Shown: piece after piece, positions 46,135 to 61,800 of the stretch
Layout: each line of letters begins with the position of its first letter
Position numbering within the stretch: the first letter of the stretch is position 1
Assembly (NCBI RefSeq): GCF_009914755.1
Contig: NC_060930.1
Length of the DNA: 64,000 nt
Reading direction: 5' to 3' (one strand)
Source: the human T2T-CHM13v2.0 reference genome, Homo sapiens
Position numbers and translations under genes: made by a program
The notes under the pieces: generated by a model
The model's input: the letters and a program-made list of their open reading frames with translations, nothing else
What the model was told of the DNA's origin: nothing
Databases searched by the model: none

Positions 46135-46517
46135 TGTAGTGGGTTGAATAGTATTTCCCCAAATCATGTCCACCAGAGCCTCAGAATGTGACTTTACTTG
46201 GAAATAAGAGTTTTGCAGAAGTAAATAGTTAAGATGAAATCCTACTGCATTTGAGTAAGTCCTAACCAGAAAGAAAATGGTCAAAGGAGAAGCAGGCAGA
46301 GATAGGAGTTGTGTTGTCACAGACCAGGGAATGCCTGGGGCCACCAGAAGCTGAAAGAGGCAGGGAAGATTCCTCTGTAGACCCTTCCAAGGGATCATGA
46401 CCTTGTCAGCATTTTAATTTCAGACTCCTAGGCTCTAGAACTATGAGAGAGTAGATTTATTTTAAGCCACTCAATTTGTGGTACTTTGTTATGGCAGCCC
46501 CCAGAAAACAAAATATA
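46135..46517 (+). mobile_element. MLT1B/C solo LTR (MaLR) with 5-bp TSD
   Basis: Starts tgtagtgggttgaatag and ends tttgttatggcagccccagaaaacaaaatata. TSD ccatg at 46130-46134 and 46518-46522. Confidence 0.88.
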
Positions 46518-46698
46518 CCATGCTAAAGAGTTATATAGACATTGGCTATTGTCTGAAACAGTTATGAATATTTTTGGCTGAGCAAAAAACAAGAACTTTC
46601 AAAGTTTATTTAGAGAAAGTCTTAATCACGTGATCATCAAATGGATGAAGCGATGACCTAGAAGCTAAACAGTGACAAGCATTAGAGAAGGCCAAATC

Positions 46699-47159
46699 AA
46701 CTCTGTTGATTTTTTTAGTGTGTGATTCTACAGAATTTTATTACTTTGGTCACAGATGATGTATGAAACCAGAGCACTTTAAAGTGTATCATACACAGTT
46801 CTTTTAATCATGGAGAACTTGTATCATGCACAGTTCTTTTAATCATGGAGGTTGCAGTGAGTCATGCCACTGCACTCCAGCCTGGGCAACAGAGGGAAAC
46901 CCCATCTCAAAAACAATACAAAATAAAATAAAAGGCTATATAGGGGAAAGATTCACAATTCAGAAAGTGAAGTTCATCTAAGGACTAAATAGAAACTCAT
47001 TGAACTAATGGGAACAAAGTATACCAATCACAGAACACAGAATAACTTTGTTGATTTTTTAGCGTGTGATTTTATAGGATTTTATGACTTTGGTCACACA
47101 TGCAGTGTGAAACTAGGGCACTTTAAAGTCACTATATCACACACAGTTCTTTCAGTCAT
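46699..47159 (+). repeat. ~115-bp direct duplication (46699-46811 / 47044-47159) flanking a 31-bp tandem duplication and an Alu fragment
   Basis: Manual alignment gives about 16 mismatches and 2 gaps over ~113 bp. Confidence 0.9.
46847..46933 (+). mobile_element. Alu right-arm 3' fragment with A-rich tail
   Basis: ggaggttgcagtgagtcatgccactgcactccagcctgggcaacagag…ctcaaaaacaatacaaaataaaataaaa. Confidence 0.9.
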
Positions 47160-48278
47160 TCTTTATTTTGTCCACTTTTATTACAAATAATACTTTGAAT
47201 GATTTATTTTCTAAGAGTTATTATTTTCCCTTTCTATGGTTATGTTGATATGAACACTTTGTGTGTTGATTAGAAATGAACCCATCGGGCCTTCTCTTCT
47301 AGGACATCTTGCAGGAGCATCAGTTGATCTAGTATTTCTTCTTTCTCTAACCCTGACCCCCAAAACTCTGGCACATTGTTTGGTGGTTCACAGAATGACT
47401 CCAAATACATTTTTGATTTCACTTGTGTGAATGAGAATAAAACCAAGGGAGTCCACAGTGTGTTGATTCATGGTTACCTTGCTACAAGAAGAGCCAATAA
47501 CAGATCCAACATGGACAATGTTTATTTTTGACTTTTCTCCAATGACTAACTCATTTGTCTTATTATGTATCAGGTGCTCAGTAAAGAATAAAGAGACATT
47601 ATAAAAGTGACCAGGCTGACTTTTATAAAGACAGATAAGTGATCTAGGTACTAATCATAGAGTTTTTACAATGATTACATATAGAGGAAGGGGTTTGAGT
47701 GACTTGTCAACATAATATCCTCACTGTGTGTCTTTGCCTATTGACTGCCAGTTACAGGTTTGGAATTAGGGCTGAGCTTTGCAATGATCTGCTATGCAGC
47801 TATTTCCAACAACTAACAGAATGACAGAAGTTAGAAAAGGGAAAATATGGGTCCATAGTTAAAAAAAAAGAATATCATGAAAGGGGTTGTGCACTACAGA
47901 GGTATAGCAGAACTCAGTAGCCCCACACCTATCAGTTACTTCATAGATTAATTCAAAGGTTCTGTTTAGGCCCTTGACTAAGGCATTAAGTTTGGTAATC
48001 TGATTTTATGCTGATCAATGAAAGATAGGAAACCTAGCAATTTCATATCCACAAAGAAAATTCCTCCTAAATAAAAAAGGTGAATTAAATAGAATAAACC
48101 AAAATTATTTGGCATGGGCAAGCATCACCTACTTTTGTTAATCTATCAATCAATCTATTTTGGGGGCTTCCTATAAAGCATATAATACAGTAAACATGGG
48201 GATGCAAAGCCTCTGGGACTTGTTAAAGGAGTTGTGATGTGTGACAGAATTGTGAACAACAAATTATAGCAGTGTGAT

Positions 48279-49200
48279 CATTCATTCATGCATTCATGCA
48301 TGTATTCCACAAATGCTCATTAACACCTTCTGTGGGTCAGGCATTTGTACTAGGTTTTGAGAATACAGGGCTAAAAAATGTATGGTCCATGCCCTCATGG
48401 AATTTATAGATATTAAACAAATAATTGCAAGTATTCGATACCACTAAAAGGAAATGCTGCATGCTGTAGAAATATTTAACATGTGAACCAACCTCATCAT
48501 GGTGCCTGGGTGAATTTACCTGGGAAAAGGGCTGCCTATATTGAGACAGAATGAATAGGAGTAAAAATTCTGAGAGAGTATTCCACATACAAAAAAAATC
48601 ATGTAAAAGACCTGAGATAAAAGAGTACAAACTCATAGAACTGAAAGATATTCCATTTGACTTAAATATATTTTTAAAAGGAGAAGTTTGAGAAAGGAAG
48701 CTAAATAGGTGAGCAGGTGTCTAACCACACAAAATCTTGAGAACTTGTTAAGAATATAGGTCTTAATCCTTAAATCCTTAATCCTTAAAACCTTAATCTG
48801 TATAAGCAGTGGGAAGCCATTGAACCAATGAGGAGTAAAATGACCAGATGTGCACTTTTAAAATATCCCTCAAGGTACAGTGTAGAGTTTGAGTCATAGG
48901 GGGCCTAGAGAATCCAGGCAAACAGTAATGAAGGTATTGCAGTGCCCAGGAGAGAGATGATGGCTTGGGCAAAAGTAGTGGGAATGAAAGTAGCAGCAGC
49001 AGGTGGTTTCAAGAGACAAGTAAGAATTAGAGTTTAGAAGACTGGTGACCCATTATATGTGGCAGATGAAACATAGGGAATAGTTCTCAAATATTTGGCA
49101 TGAACAAGGGGTACCGTTTTACCACTTACTAAAAATGGCATATCGAAGGAGAGGAGCATACGGCATGTTAGAGTGCCTGTAAAACATCAGAGTCATGATC
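48279..49200 (-). mobile_element. L2 (~0.9 kb)
   Basis: cattcattcatgcattc tail, ggtccatgccctcatggaatttatag, gcagtgggaagccattga, cccaggagagagatgatggcttgg. Confidence 0.75.
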
Positions 49201-50569
49201 TGAACAAGCTCCTCTAGGCCATTTAATGCAGCAGTGATCTAAACTGCCTGTAGGGACAGAAGTAAATTCTATTTTCTGCTTTATGTGGAAGCAGAGCCCT
49301 TTATTGTTTAGCTTCTATCCCATTCTTCTCATGTGAAAGCATCTTTCTTTTATTTAGAAAATGTTGCCCCTTCACTCCAAAAGATACTATATTTTTACAA
49401 ACCTCACTTCTCCGGTCTAATAAAAAAAATTTGCTGGGATTTTTGTGTGTAGAATGAGGAAGTATATAAGTCAAGCTCAGGTAGAGGTGGTCATTTAAGT
49501 GTGAACCGGCAACAGTTGGTTGCCATTTCCCTTGTGCTGGAAGGAAGAAGAGAGTTGCTGTAACAGAGAGGAAGAAAGATGGGTAAATTACTGCTCTCAG
49601 TACAGAGTAGTAATTTACCCAGGCACTCACAAAACTTAAAGGAGTTAATGAGAGTTATATACAGATTAGTTACAAAGAAAATTTAAACAAAGAAATTGCT
49701 GATGCTCTTAAATGAAAGATATGCTAAGATATCTATACTATGTTTCAAAAAAACCAAAAAACAAAACTGAAGCTGCTGATGACATAATAATGCTACACTG
49801 ATAGGCACTAAGTGTTGTATGCTTTCTGCTTCTTTATGTGTACACCAAGAAAATGGGAATCTCCTGTTCCTGTTCTTTGCCAGTCAATGGAATTTTTCTT
49901 GCCCCCCAAAGCATTATTTCTTATAGATCCTGATTTTGTTGGCAACCTGACACATACCTTTTGATTATAGGAATAAGTATATATGGTACAGTTTTGGGGG
50001 CCATTCTATACTGGAAAGACCTAAAGTCTGCTCCAATCTAAACAATACTGGAGAAAGTTAAACCTGCCTAAAAGTAGCCAAATGGGAGAAAGAGCTACAC
50101 GTTTACATTACTGCTTTTAAGTCCTGGCAAATACACAAACAAGGCCCCACATCTAACAGTGATCAAAACTGACCATCTTATTGTGAGTTTCAGCAAGGTT
50201 CAGGAAAAGTGGTACACTTTCTTCTTCTTATACTTACAATTATACAAGATCATTTCAAGGTACCTATACAAATTTGTGTTAATTTATTGCCACTTTTAGT
50301 AGGGACAATAATAAGGTGATATAATCCTCCCTACTTTGCATCAACCTCCGTCTCTAACCTCCAGAAAAGTTACTGATACCTTATTTAGAACAAAGGATAC
50401 CCCAGAGCTGCCAGCTTTGCTGGGAATCTTCTGTCTTGGAAAATTTGCCGTTACTGAACCCCACCTGAATTTTAGCTGTCCTATTCAACGCTTGCAACAG
50501 AATCACTACTTCTGCGTACTACTAGTATTTATTTAGGCAGCAGTATGACTAATTGAAAATTAGCGTAAA

Positions 50570-50803
50570 CTACTCCAGCTTTCAGAGGTTTATTAAGAAC
50601 AAAAGAGATAAAATAAACCATCAATAAGTTTTCAGTATTGACTAACTGGTAAAATAAAATATTTGGATGCGTTTGGTTAAATAAAATATATTACTAAAAC
50701 TAATTACCCTTTTTTTTACTTTTAATGTAATCGCTAGAAAGTTTAAAATTACAGTGTGTCTTAAACATATGTGTCATATTTGACTTCTATTGTACAGTGC
50801 ATT
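50570..50803. mobile_element. MER33/MER3-like hAT-Charlie element
   Basis: ggttaaataaaatatattactaaaactaatt…ctagaaagtttaaaattaca…ttctattgtacagtgc. Confidence 0.6.
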
Positions 50804-52696
50804 CTAGTGGCCTCTGACATGGGATTATGCAGAATCATGCACAGGCATTAGGTATGTATTTTGGTGAGGGGGACATGATAAGATCTGTGTTATTGACATA
50901 TGGTCATTGTTATAAACCTAAATTGGATTACGGAGAGAACAAAACAAGAAGTCAATTACTCGAGTTTTGCAAGGGTCCAAACAAAAGACGACAAGAAAAC
51001 AAACTGTATCTGTGTCTTGGAAAAAAGATAATAGTTTCAGGACGTAGCTTAGATTTAGCATTGGAAGCACTTGGGATTGAGTTAAATATTTGGGTTGAGA
51101 AAATTGTAGGAACTAGAGCTAATACCTCAAGTGTCGGAATAGATGTAGTATAGTAATGTCTTTAATTGAGGGGCAAAAGACAAAGAACACATTTCTTATA
51201 TTCTCAAAGGGAACATAGGAACTGACTTGGGACTATTGCTAGCAATTAGTCAACTAAAACTCGACTGTTTTACAATAGCTTTCAACTGTTCACTGCAATT
51301 TAAATTCTTAAATGGGGTGAAAAAATTTAGCAGTCCTTCTAATGAGTTTCTTCTTCCCAAAACAATCTTCTGGAGATAAATTTGTAAAGCAGAGAATTTT
51401 CCCCAAAGCAAAAAGTGTTTCTTCCTTTCGTAGAATAAATAAGGGTCATATATAAGCTAACCAAATTTAATTATATTATTGGAGTTGCAACATTGTATCT
51501 GAGGCCCACAGTCCTGTAATATAAATAATTTCAACTAATGTGATGGGTATGTTGAAGAGACAAAAAGATATCATTCAAAAATGGCTACTTCTGTAAGTCA
51601 AAAGTCTAAATAATTGCAATTAGCTTCTATAGAATTATTAATTTTATAATTTATGGTTTCTCACATTAATATATTGATTGGTTGGAGCAAGTGCCATGTT
51701 GGAAACCAAGCTAACTCAAAGTGCAATATTGAAATAAATAATATTTATTGTCTTTTATTTATCCAACCAATATCTGTTGAGTACCTACCATAGGTGCTAA
51801 GCTTTTGGATTACCATAGTCAATTGGACAGCCTTATTCTGTCTCATGCAGTTTATGGTTTAAGCCTGAGAGGAAAACCAACCTTTTACATTTTATTTTGT
51901 ATAGATTCATGGGATATATCTACAGATTTGTTATGTGGACATGGTGCATAATAATGGTGAGATTTGAGCTTCTAATGTGCCCATCACCTGAACAGTGAAC
52001 ATTGTACCCAATAGGTTACTTTTTAACTCTTATCACCCTCCTACCCTCCCCACTTTTGAAGTCGTCAGTGTCTATTGTTTCAATCTGTATGTCTATGTGT
52101 ACCCATGGTTTATCTCCCACTTATAAGTGAGAAGATGTAGTATTTGACTGTTTCTGAGTTATTTACCTTATGATAATGCCCTCCAGCTCCATTCATGTTG
52201 CTGCAAAAGTCATGATTTTATTCTTTTTTATGGCTGCATAGTATTCCACAGTGTACATATACCACCTTTGCTTTACCTAGTCATCCTTTGATGAACATGA
52301 AGTTGGTTCCATGACTTGGCTATTCTGAATAGTGCTGTGATAAACATACAAGTGCAGGTGTCTTTTTCATATAATGATTCATTTTCCTTTTGGTAGATAC
52401 CCAGTAGTGGGATTGCTGGATCAAATGGTAGTTCTATTTTTAGTTATTTGAGAAATCTCTGTACAAACTCTTTTCTATAGAGGTTGTACTAATTAACATT
52501 TCCACCAAAAGTGTATAAATGTTTTCTTTTCTTTACAACCTCATCAACATCTGTTGTTTTTTAACTTTTTAATCATAGCTATTCTGACTACTGTGAAATG
52601 GTATCTCACTGTGGCTTTCATTTGCATTTCCATGATGATTAATGATGTTGGGCGTTTTTTCATATGTTGGTTTGGCCACTTGTATGGTATGTCTTC

Positions 52697-52776
52697 CTTT
52701 TTTAAAAAATTATTTCCCTTTCTTTCCTTCTTTCCTTCTTTCCTTCTTTCCTTCTTTCCTTCCTTTCTTTCTTTCC

Positions 52777-52831
<55 letters not shown>

Positions 52832-53140
52832 TTTTTTTTCCGGCCTTCAGCTTTTTTCTGATGCCTTCAGCTTCTTTCTGTCACCCAGGCTGGAGTGCAG
52901 TGATGTGGTCTCAACTCACTACAACCTCCACCTCCCAGGTCAAGTGATGCTCCTGCCTCAGCTTCCCAAGTAGCTGGGGTTATAGAGGTGCATCACCATC
53001 CTTGGCTAATTTTTGTATTTTTAGTAGAGATGGGGTTTCACCCCTTCACCAGGCTGGTCTCAAACTCCTGACCTCAAGTGATCCACCCATCTCGGCCTCC
53101 TAAAATGCTGGGGTTACTAGTGTGAGCAACCATACATGGT
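52697..53140 (-). mobile_element. AluSx/Sz-like with long (TTTC)n tail (52714-52840), nested in the L1PB
   Basis: Alu body ~52875-53138. TSD core gtatgtcttc at 52687-52696 and 53142-53151. Confidence 0.92.
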
Positions 53141-53188
53141 TGTATGTCTTCTTTTGAGAAGTATCAGTTCATGTCCCTTGCTTATTTT

Positions 53189-53261
53189 ACTTTTTTTTTT
53201 TTTTGATAGAGTTTCTCTCTCTCTTGCCCAGATTGAAGTGCAGTGGCATGATTTTAGCTTA
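53189..53261 (-). mobile_element. Very short 5'-truncated Alu with TSD
   Basis: Poly(T) followed by gatagagtttc…cttgcccagattgaagtgcagtggcatgatt. TSD tgctta(t/c)ttt at 53179-53188 and 53262-53271. Confidence 0.75.
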
Positions 53262-54949
53262 TGCTTACTTTTTAATTGGATTGTTTGATTTTTTTTTCTT
53301 GTTGAGTTGAGTTTCTTATAGATTCTGGATATTAGTCATTTGTTGGATGCATAGTTTGCAAATATTTTCTCCCATTCTGTAGGCTGTCTGTTTATTATTT
53401 CTTTTGATGTGCAGAAACATTTAAGTTTAATTAAGTCCCATTTGGGTATTTTTGGTTTTGTTGCATTTGTTTTTCAGGGCTTAGTCATAAATTCTTTGCC
53501 TATGCCAATGTCAGAAGAAATTTTTCTAGATTTTCTTCTAGGATTTTTATAGTTTCAAGTCTTACATTTATGTCTTTAATCTATCTTGAGTTAATTGTAT
53601 ACGGTGAGAGATAAGGGTCCAGCTTAATTATTTTGCATACAGCTATCCAGTTTCCACAGCACCTTTTATTGTATAGGTTGTCCTTTCACCCATTATATAT
53701 TTTTGTTGACTTTGTTGACAATCAGCTGGTTGTAGGTATGTGACTTTATTTCTGGGTTCTGTATTCTGTTCCATTAATCTATGTGTCTATTTTTGTACCA
53801 GTACCATAATGTTTTGTTTGTTATAGCCTTGTAGTATATTTTGTATTCAGGTAATGTGATGTCTCCAGCTTTGTTCTTTTTCTCAAGATTGCTGTGGTTA
53901 GGCTCTTTTTGGTTCTGTATGAATTTTAGGAAATTTTTGTAATGCTGTGAAAAATATGTTGGTAATTTGGTAGGAATTGAATCTGCAAATTGCTTTGAAA
54001 AGTATTGTCATTTATTGATATTGATTCTTCCAATCCGTAAGCATGGAATATTTTTCCTTTTGTGTTATGTATGATTTATTTCATCAGTGTTTTAAACTTC
54101 TCTTTGTAGATATATTTCGTCTCCTTGGTTAAATATATTCCTAGGTATTTTTATGGCTATCGTACATGGAAATGAGCTCTTGATTTCGTTCCCAACTTGA
54201 ATGTTATTCATGTATAGAAATGTTACTAACTTTTGCATGTTGATTTTGTATCCTGAAATTTTACTAAACCAGTTTATCAAGTCTAGACGTCTTTTGGAAG
54301 AGATTTTATGGTTTTCTAGGTATAATATCATATCATCAGCAAATAGAGATAATTTGACTTCCTCTTTTCCAATTTGGATGCCTTTTATTTCTTTCTTTTG
54401 CCTGATTTCTCCAGATAGGACTTCCAATACTATGGTGAATAGGAGTGGTGACAGTGGGCATTTTTGTTTTAAAATCATTATTTTAATATGCTTTTAAGTG
54501 CCAAAATGAAATTCAAGTTGCTATGTGTGGACTTAGAAGGAGCATCAAATCCAGAGTTGGAGAGAATCTAGAAAGGCAGAAATGTGTGTAGAGAGAATAA
54601 CATCTGCCCTGATAATTAAAGGAAGATCAAGATTAAGCTAGTTAAATTAGGCTCATTAGAGCTGGAGTAGAGTGAGAACAATGCGCAAAGGTTATGAGGT
54701 AAGAGAGATTGGGACATGTACTGGATTTATGAAATAGATGACTCGGCCGGATCATAGAGCTATAATGATGGATTGTCATTCACTTAGGCTAGATAAACAA
54801 ATAAAAGCCACATTATAAAGGACTTTCTTAATGTTAATAAGATTGTACCTTTTTGTTGTAGCCTTCAATTATCATTTTATACTTTGATACTGGTTGATTA
54901 GTTTGTAAGTATATATCTTACTTTTACAATAATGCAAAAATCTAGTAAG

Positions 54950-56600
<1,651 letters not shown>

Positions 56601-57747
56601 TAAGTAAGACCACATTTGAAAGGTCAGGATGTAAGCAGAGATGGGTGTCTGCAGTTACACTTATTAAGCAAAGAAGTTATTTGGATTATCAAGGAAAAAT
56701 TTTAGGAATATCCATGGTTTCTGAGTCACAATATACCCTTTATATTTATAATATTTTATTTAGTCTGAGAGGTGGGCCTGCCTTTATCCTTAATATTGTG
56801 TTTATATTTCAGCCTCGTGCATATGAAGCTCACATCACCTAACTTCCTTAACTCATGCCTCACTAGCTTCAGGTTTGAGCTTAAACATATCATCCACAAA
56901 AAGTGTTTTCCAATGCCAGGTTAGTTATGTTTTCCTGATACATGCTTTTATAGCAACCTGTATTTTCTCTGTATCCATCACACTTTGTTGTTTCTACCTA
57001 TTTAATTGCTTGGTTTCTCCACTCAATGGTAAGCTGTTGAATGTATCAGGTGGGAACCTCTGGGAGCCAACTTCAGAGACTGACTGTGGATTACTTAAGC
57101 AGATATTAGAATTTTTGGAAGGACAAAGAGGGCAGTTATAGATCCAGACTGGTAAAACATAGCTGGAGAGAGGATTGGACAAATAATCAGACACTCGGAG
57201 CATAAATAAAAGAAATTACTAGGAGTTAATTTCAGGATGTGAGTGATGAAATAGAAAATTCCAACATTTTCAGATTTTTCAATATTCTAGTCAACATGTA
57301 CGTTGGAAAAATAATTTTTAAATGGCTAAGAGGATTAAACACCTGGCTCTTAATTAAAAGAAAAAAAGTGAACCTTGATTACAATCTCTGGCAAAGTTTC
57401 TAATGGAGAAAAGGCAAAAGTTAAGAAAAATAATAATAATAAGGATGGTCAGTTGGTATGGGAGTGGAATGGATGTAGGGCTAGTATAACGATTGTCAGG
57501 TAGAAAAACCATCATATATTAATTCCAGTGAATGCTCAGGATTGGACTCTCCCACAAATTATCAAAGTGCTTGGCAGATAGTGGGTCGATGTATGAGGCC
57601 CACAGTACTCCTTGTCTATTTTTCTAGACTTCAACCAACTGGCTGTGACCTCAACAGCTGCACTAGAAGCTGGGACTCTGCTGCCAATACACTCATCTTT
57701 GACAATTTTTCTTCTGCCTACTCTTGTATATTACAGCTACTGAGAAC

Positions 57748-57880
57748 ATTGGTTCTTAACCATTTTTAAATTCATGGGTACATTTGCAAATCTGATAAAA
57801 AGTTATGAATAATTTTCTCAGGGAAACATAATGCTTATTAACACACATATTTACGTAATTTTTAAAGAGACCTCCTGAAT
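57748..57880. mobile_element. hAT-Charlie MITE fragment (MER103-like)
   Basis: cattggttcttaaccattttt…catttgcaaatctgataaaaagttatg…ctcagggaaacat. Confidence 0.4.
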
Positions 57881-57922
57881 AGAATTCCTAAAATGCTTTC
57901 ATGTTGTCAAAATAATAAATAA

Positions 57923-57942
57923 TATCTATATCTATATCTATC

Positions 57943-57985
<43 letters not shown>

Positions 57986-58028
57986 GTCTATCATCTATCT
58001 ATCTATATACAGAGAGAGAGAGAGAGAG
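57923..58028. repeat. Compound (TATC)n + (AG)n microsatellite, within a probable antisense MIR (~57910-58230)
   Basis: Tracts seen directly. Confidence 0.93.
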
Positions 58029-58410
58029 CACTAATCTGTGAGGGCTACTATTCTAAATGTTTTACATATATAAAATAATTTATTACTTTTGACAGATCTA
58101 AAGGAGAGTACTACAGTTACCTAAATTATATATCGGAAAAGGAAAGCATAGACTTGTTACATAACCTGGCCAATGTCTCACTGAATTTAAACCAAGTCTA
58201 TGTAATTAAAGAAACCATAGTCTTAAATAATATGATTTAGTCTTTAAGTATGCTAAGTGTTGCAATAAATACCCAGATGGTCCAAATTTGGCTTAAAACT
58301 CCCAGGGTCTTGCTTGTTATCTACTGGAGAAGATAGAGCTTATGAAAAGGTCTATATTGAAATGAGGAATGTGAAATGTGGTAAAAGAGAGTTAGAAAAT
58401 ACTAAGGATG

Positions 58411-58806
<396 letters not shown>

Positions 58807-61800
58807 TCAATGTTTTAAAGAGTTATTGGGTGTCCATTATTGGCTTAGAGATAACAACATGACAGCTGCAGAAAATTGAGGCCCTTAGAGGATTGTTTTG
58901 ACAAAAGCACAGTAAGAAGTAAGGACAGCTTTCTAGGAGTAAACACAGCCTAGGAAAAAGAGCCAAGATGGAGAGGTGAAATAGATCTTGCATTAGTGCT
59001 CTGGGCATTAGAAGGTAACCTTCTTATCATCAGTTGGCCAAATGCATTGAGACTCAGCTTCCTTATCTCTTAGGTGGAAATGATGCATAATTGATGACCT
59101 TAAGGACCTGAACATATGGGTTTATTTAGTTACTCTTAATAAAGAATTTAATGAGAGCAAATTATGTACATAAAACTTGGCTAAATATTGGGAAGAATAG
59201 AGAGAAGAATGAACATGGTTACTCTTTTTCAGGAGTTTAAAGTCAGGTTGGAAGAGAAAGTACCTGAAAATGAATTGAAAAGATAAATATCATATATGTA
59301 TATGAAATGAATGGTTTATATATGGCTCCAGTGAAAAAGAAAATAATTGTCTCACATTCATCAATACTATAACATCTATTGTTGCTGTGATGATTGCTAA
59401 GAACGGTGAATTTAAATTAAAATAAATTTCCTTGGTGAAGGAGTTGTTATAAAAAAAAAGAAAATACAATTTCTGGAAAGAAGTTCACTCTTGGCAACAT
59501 GGAAGAATGTAAAGGGTTTTATTATTAAATTATTTAATATTTTCTACCTAGTTGTCGAAATCTATAGGAGCCATGAACACATATTTAAAAGGTGTTCAAG
59601 GGACGCCATTCATTACACACCAGGAAAAAGTAGTTGGAACTTTATTAAAAAGTGACTAATAGGCACTCTAGATAATTGAAATGACAGCGTATTTTGACAG
59701 CTGCAAGCAAAAATGTACTTGTTCAAAATAGTGAGTGTAAATCTTTTTAATTTCCAGAAAGAAAAATGATGTACAGGTTTAAATTAATTCAGTCAGCTTA
59801 TAAAGTGTAATAATAAAAGGTAACTAACTCTTCACTTGACTGGTGAAACCTCTGTTAATTGGAGGTCCTGCCAATCACTGCACGTTAGGGCTGGATGTGA
59901 AGGCCTCTGAAGGTCCTCAACTGGAAGAGGTGATTTCCTCTAGAGTCCTGGAGGAAACGAAAATCGCCACAGAAATTACCAAATATCCACAAAATAACCT
60001 TTATGAATACCTCTTAGTGTCAAATTTGGAGTTCACAAAACACACAAAACACTTAAATCTCCAAACAAGTAGATTGAAATAGAAACACATTCATCATCCA
60101 CATGTGATGGCCCCCATAGGTATACTGTAAAGCCAAGAAGTGAGATTTTAAAAATAAATAAAGAAATAACAGAAGTAAATTTCCTAATCAACAAAATGGG
60201 TCAAATCCCAGGTTAAGAATAATCCACGTAACTTAAAAATGGACCAGTGTCCACTTGCTAAGACATGGCTACTTGATTTTATTACATTTAAACCCATAAA
60301 GGAAATCAAAAGGACAAACAAAAGCAGATGAAGATCCACATCATGGCTTTTCAAACTGACATTATATTTAGGTTAGGGAAAGAGAAAGTGAAATGTAGGT
60401 GCCAGCCTCAGGATCTGAGCGTCATTTTCTCCTAATTTATTTTATTTTATTTTAGATATGAGTAGTCATTTTATTAGAGACACAACCAGCTGTGCATTTA
60501 GATATCACTTTTCTAAGTTTTGACTATCCTTTTGGTAAGAGAGCACAACAATCGAACCCACTAAAAAGTGAAACCAGTCCATGAATGGCACGTGATTATA
60601 CATTCTTAGATTTATCTTCACTCTTTGTGGGAAAGTTTGCTATAAAATGCATTTATTTAAAATGTTGCAGAGCATAGACTTCTCAGGAACAATTTAAGCA
60701 CCATAAATGTTTCCTTCAAATTGAGTCAAAAGAGGCTGAGAATCATATTACATTGGGTGGGAATCCAATGTTTGGTTTTAAAATAAAAGAATTTCAAAAA
60801 TTGGAGCACTGCCATTATTTACAGCAGCTAGGATCACTGTCATACGATAAAACCTTGATTTTTCTTTATTCTGAGCTCATTGACAGTGAAATTTTCACTT
60901 GCAAACCACACAGTGAGGTAGAAGGCTAAAAAGGTACATGCTTTAGATCATCTGACTAAATAGTTTTTTGTTTGTTTGTTTGTTTGCAGGCAAATCTATC
61001 CCCTTACTTAAGCCATAACCTTGACCTTAATGATGAAACTCTTCCATTAGTCAAATTTCTCAGGTCTATTTTAATCACAAGATAATCATTTTTTTGTTCA
61101 TAGTTAAAGGTTTACATTGCATATATCTAATATCTTATGTATAAACAAGGGCCATAAATTATTGACTGGTTAATATGGTCCATGAATGAATTCATTGTTC
61201 TCAAAGTAAACACATTTTATTTTTAAGAGAAAGAAAACCAATCTAAATCCTTAATGTCTGTGAGGTGCTATACAGAAAAAATGCTTTTAAATTTTAATAA
61301 CAACAAATAAGAATGTGTATTAAGTTAGCTTTGCCCTGGTGAAAGTGCACTCCATTCAGAATTTTTTAATAACCTAAAGAATTATGTTAATATATTGAAT
61401 AATATTAAAATATTTAGCCACATATATATTTATTTAGCTACATATATATTAAATGGATATTTACCCATTATTGTGTTTAATAATATAACTTCTAAAAAAT
61501 TCAAAAGCTAATATTGGTTTACAATGCAATAATGCAAATTACAAACATTCGGGAAACTAGGAACAAAGATTAGATGTAGATATGCATAAATATGATACAT
61601 AAAGATGAACTAAGGAATTTAATTGATTCAGAAGTCAATATGAAAATCCCAGCATAAAAAAATTGAGTGCTGCTTCCAATTCAAGATGGTAGTACAGATT
61701 TACAAGACAAAGTAATGCATGGAATGGGGAAACAATGGTATTACTTAATTGGATAGTGTGTCTAATTTGTGGAATGAGAAATGTAGATGGATTTGCATTG

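Larger units (their letters stand above)
51880..54466 (-). mobile_element. 5'-truncated L1PB3/4-like element
   Basis: L1PB-type 3'UTR (cccatcacctgaacagtgaacattgtacccaatagg). ORF 54092-54478 is an ORF2 RT remnant ([15 protein letters not shown]…LFADDMILY). Confidence 0.9.
51755..54860 (-). mobile_element. L2 split by the L1PB insertion (pieces ~51755-51872 and ~54500-54860)
   Basis: L2 3' end (caaccaatatctgttgagtacctacc…tctcatgcagtttatggtt) lies left of the L1, and L2-like sequence continues on the right. Confidence 0.45.

Noticed and set aside
61411-61450. 20-bp tandem duplication tatttagc(c/t)acatatatatt; similar ccttaat repeats at 48762-48798
   Set aside because: Ordinary slippage in AT-rich DNA.
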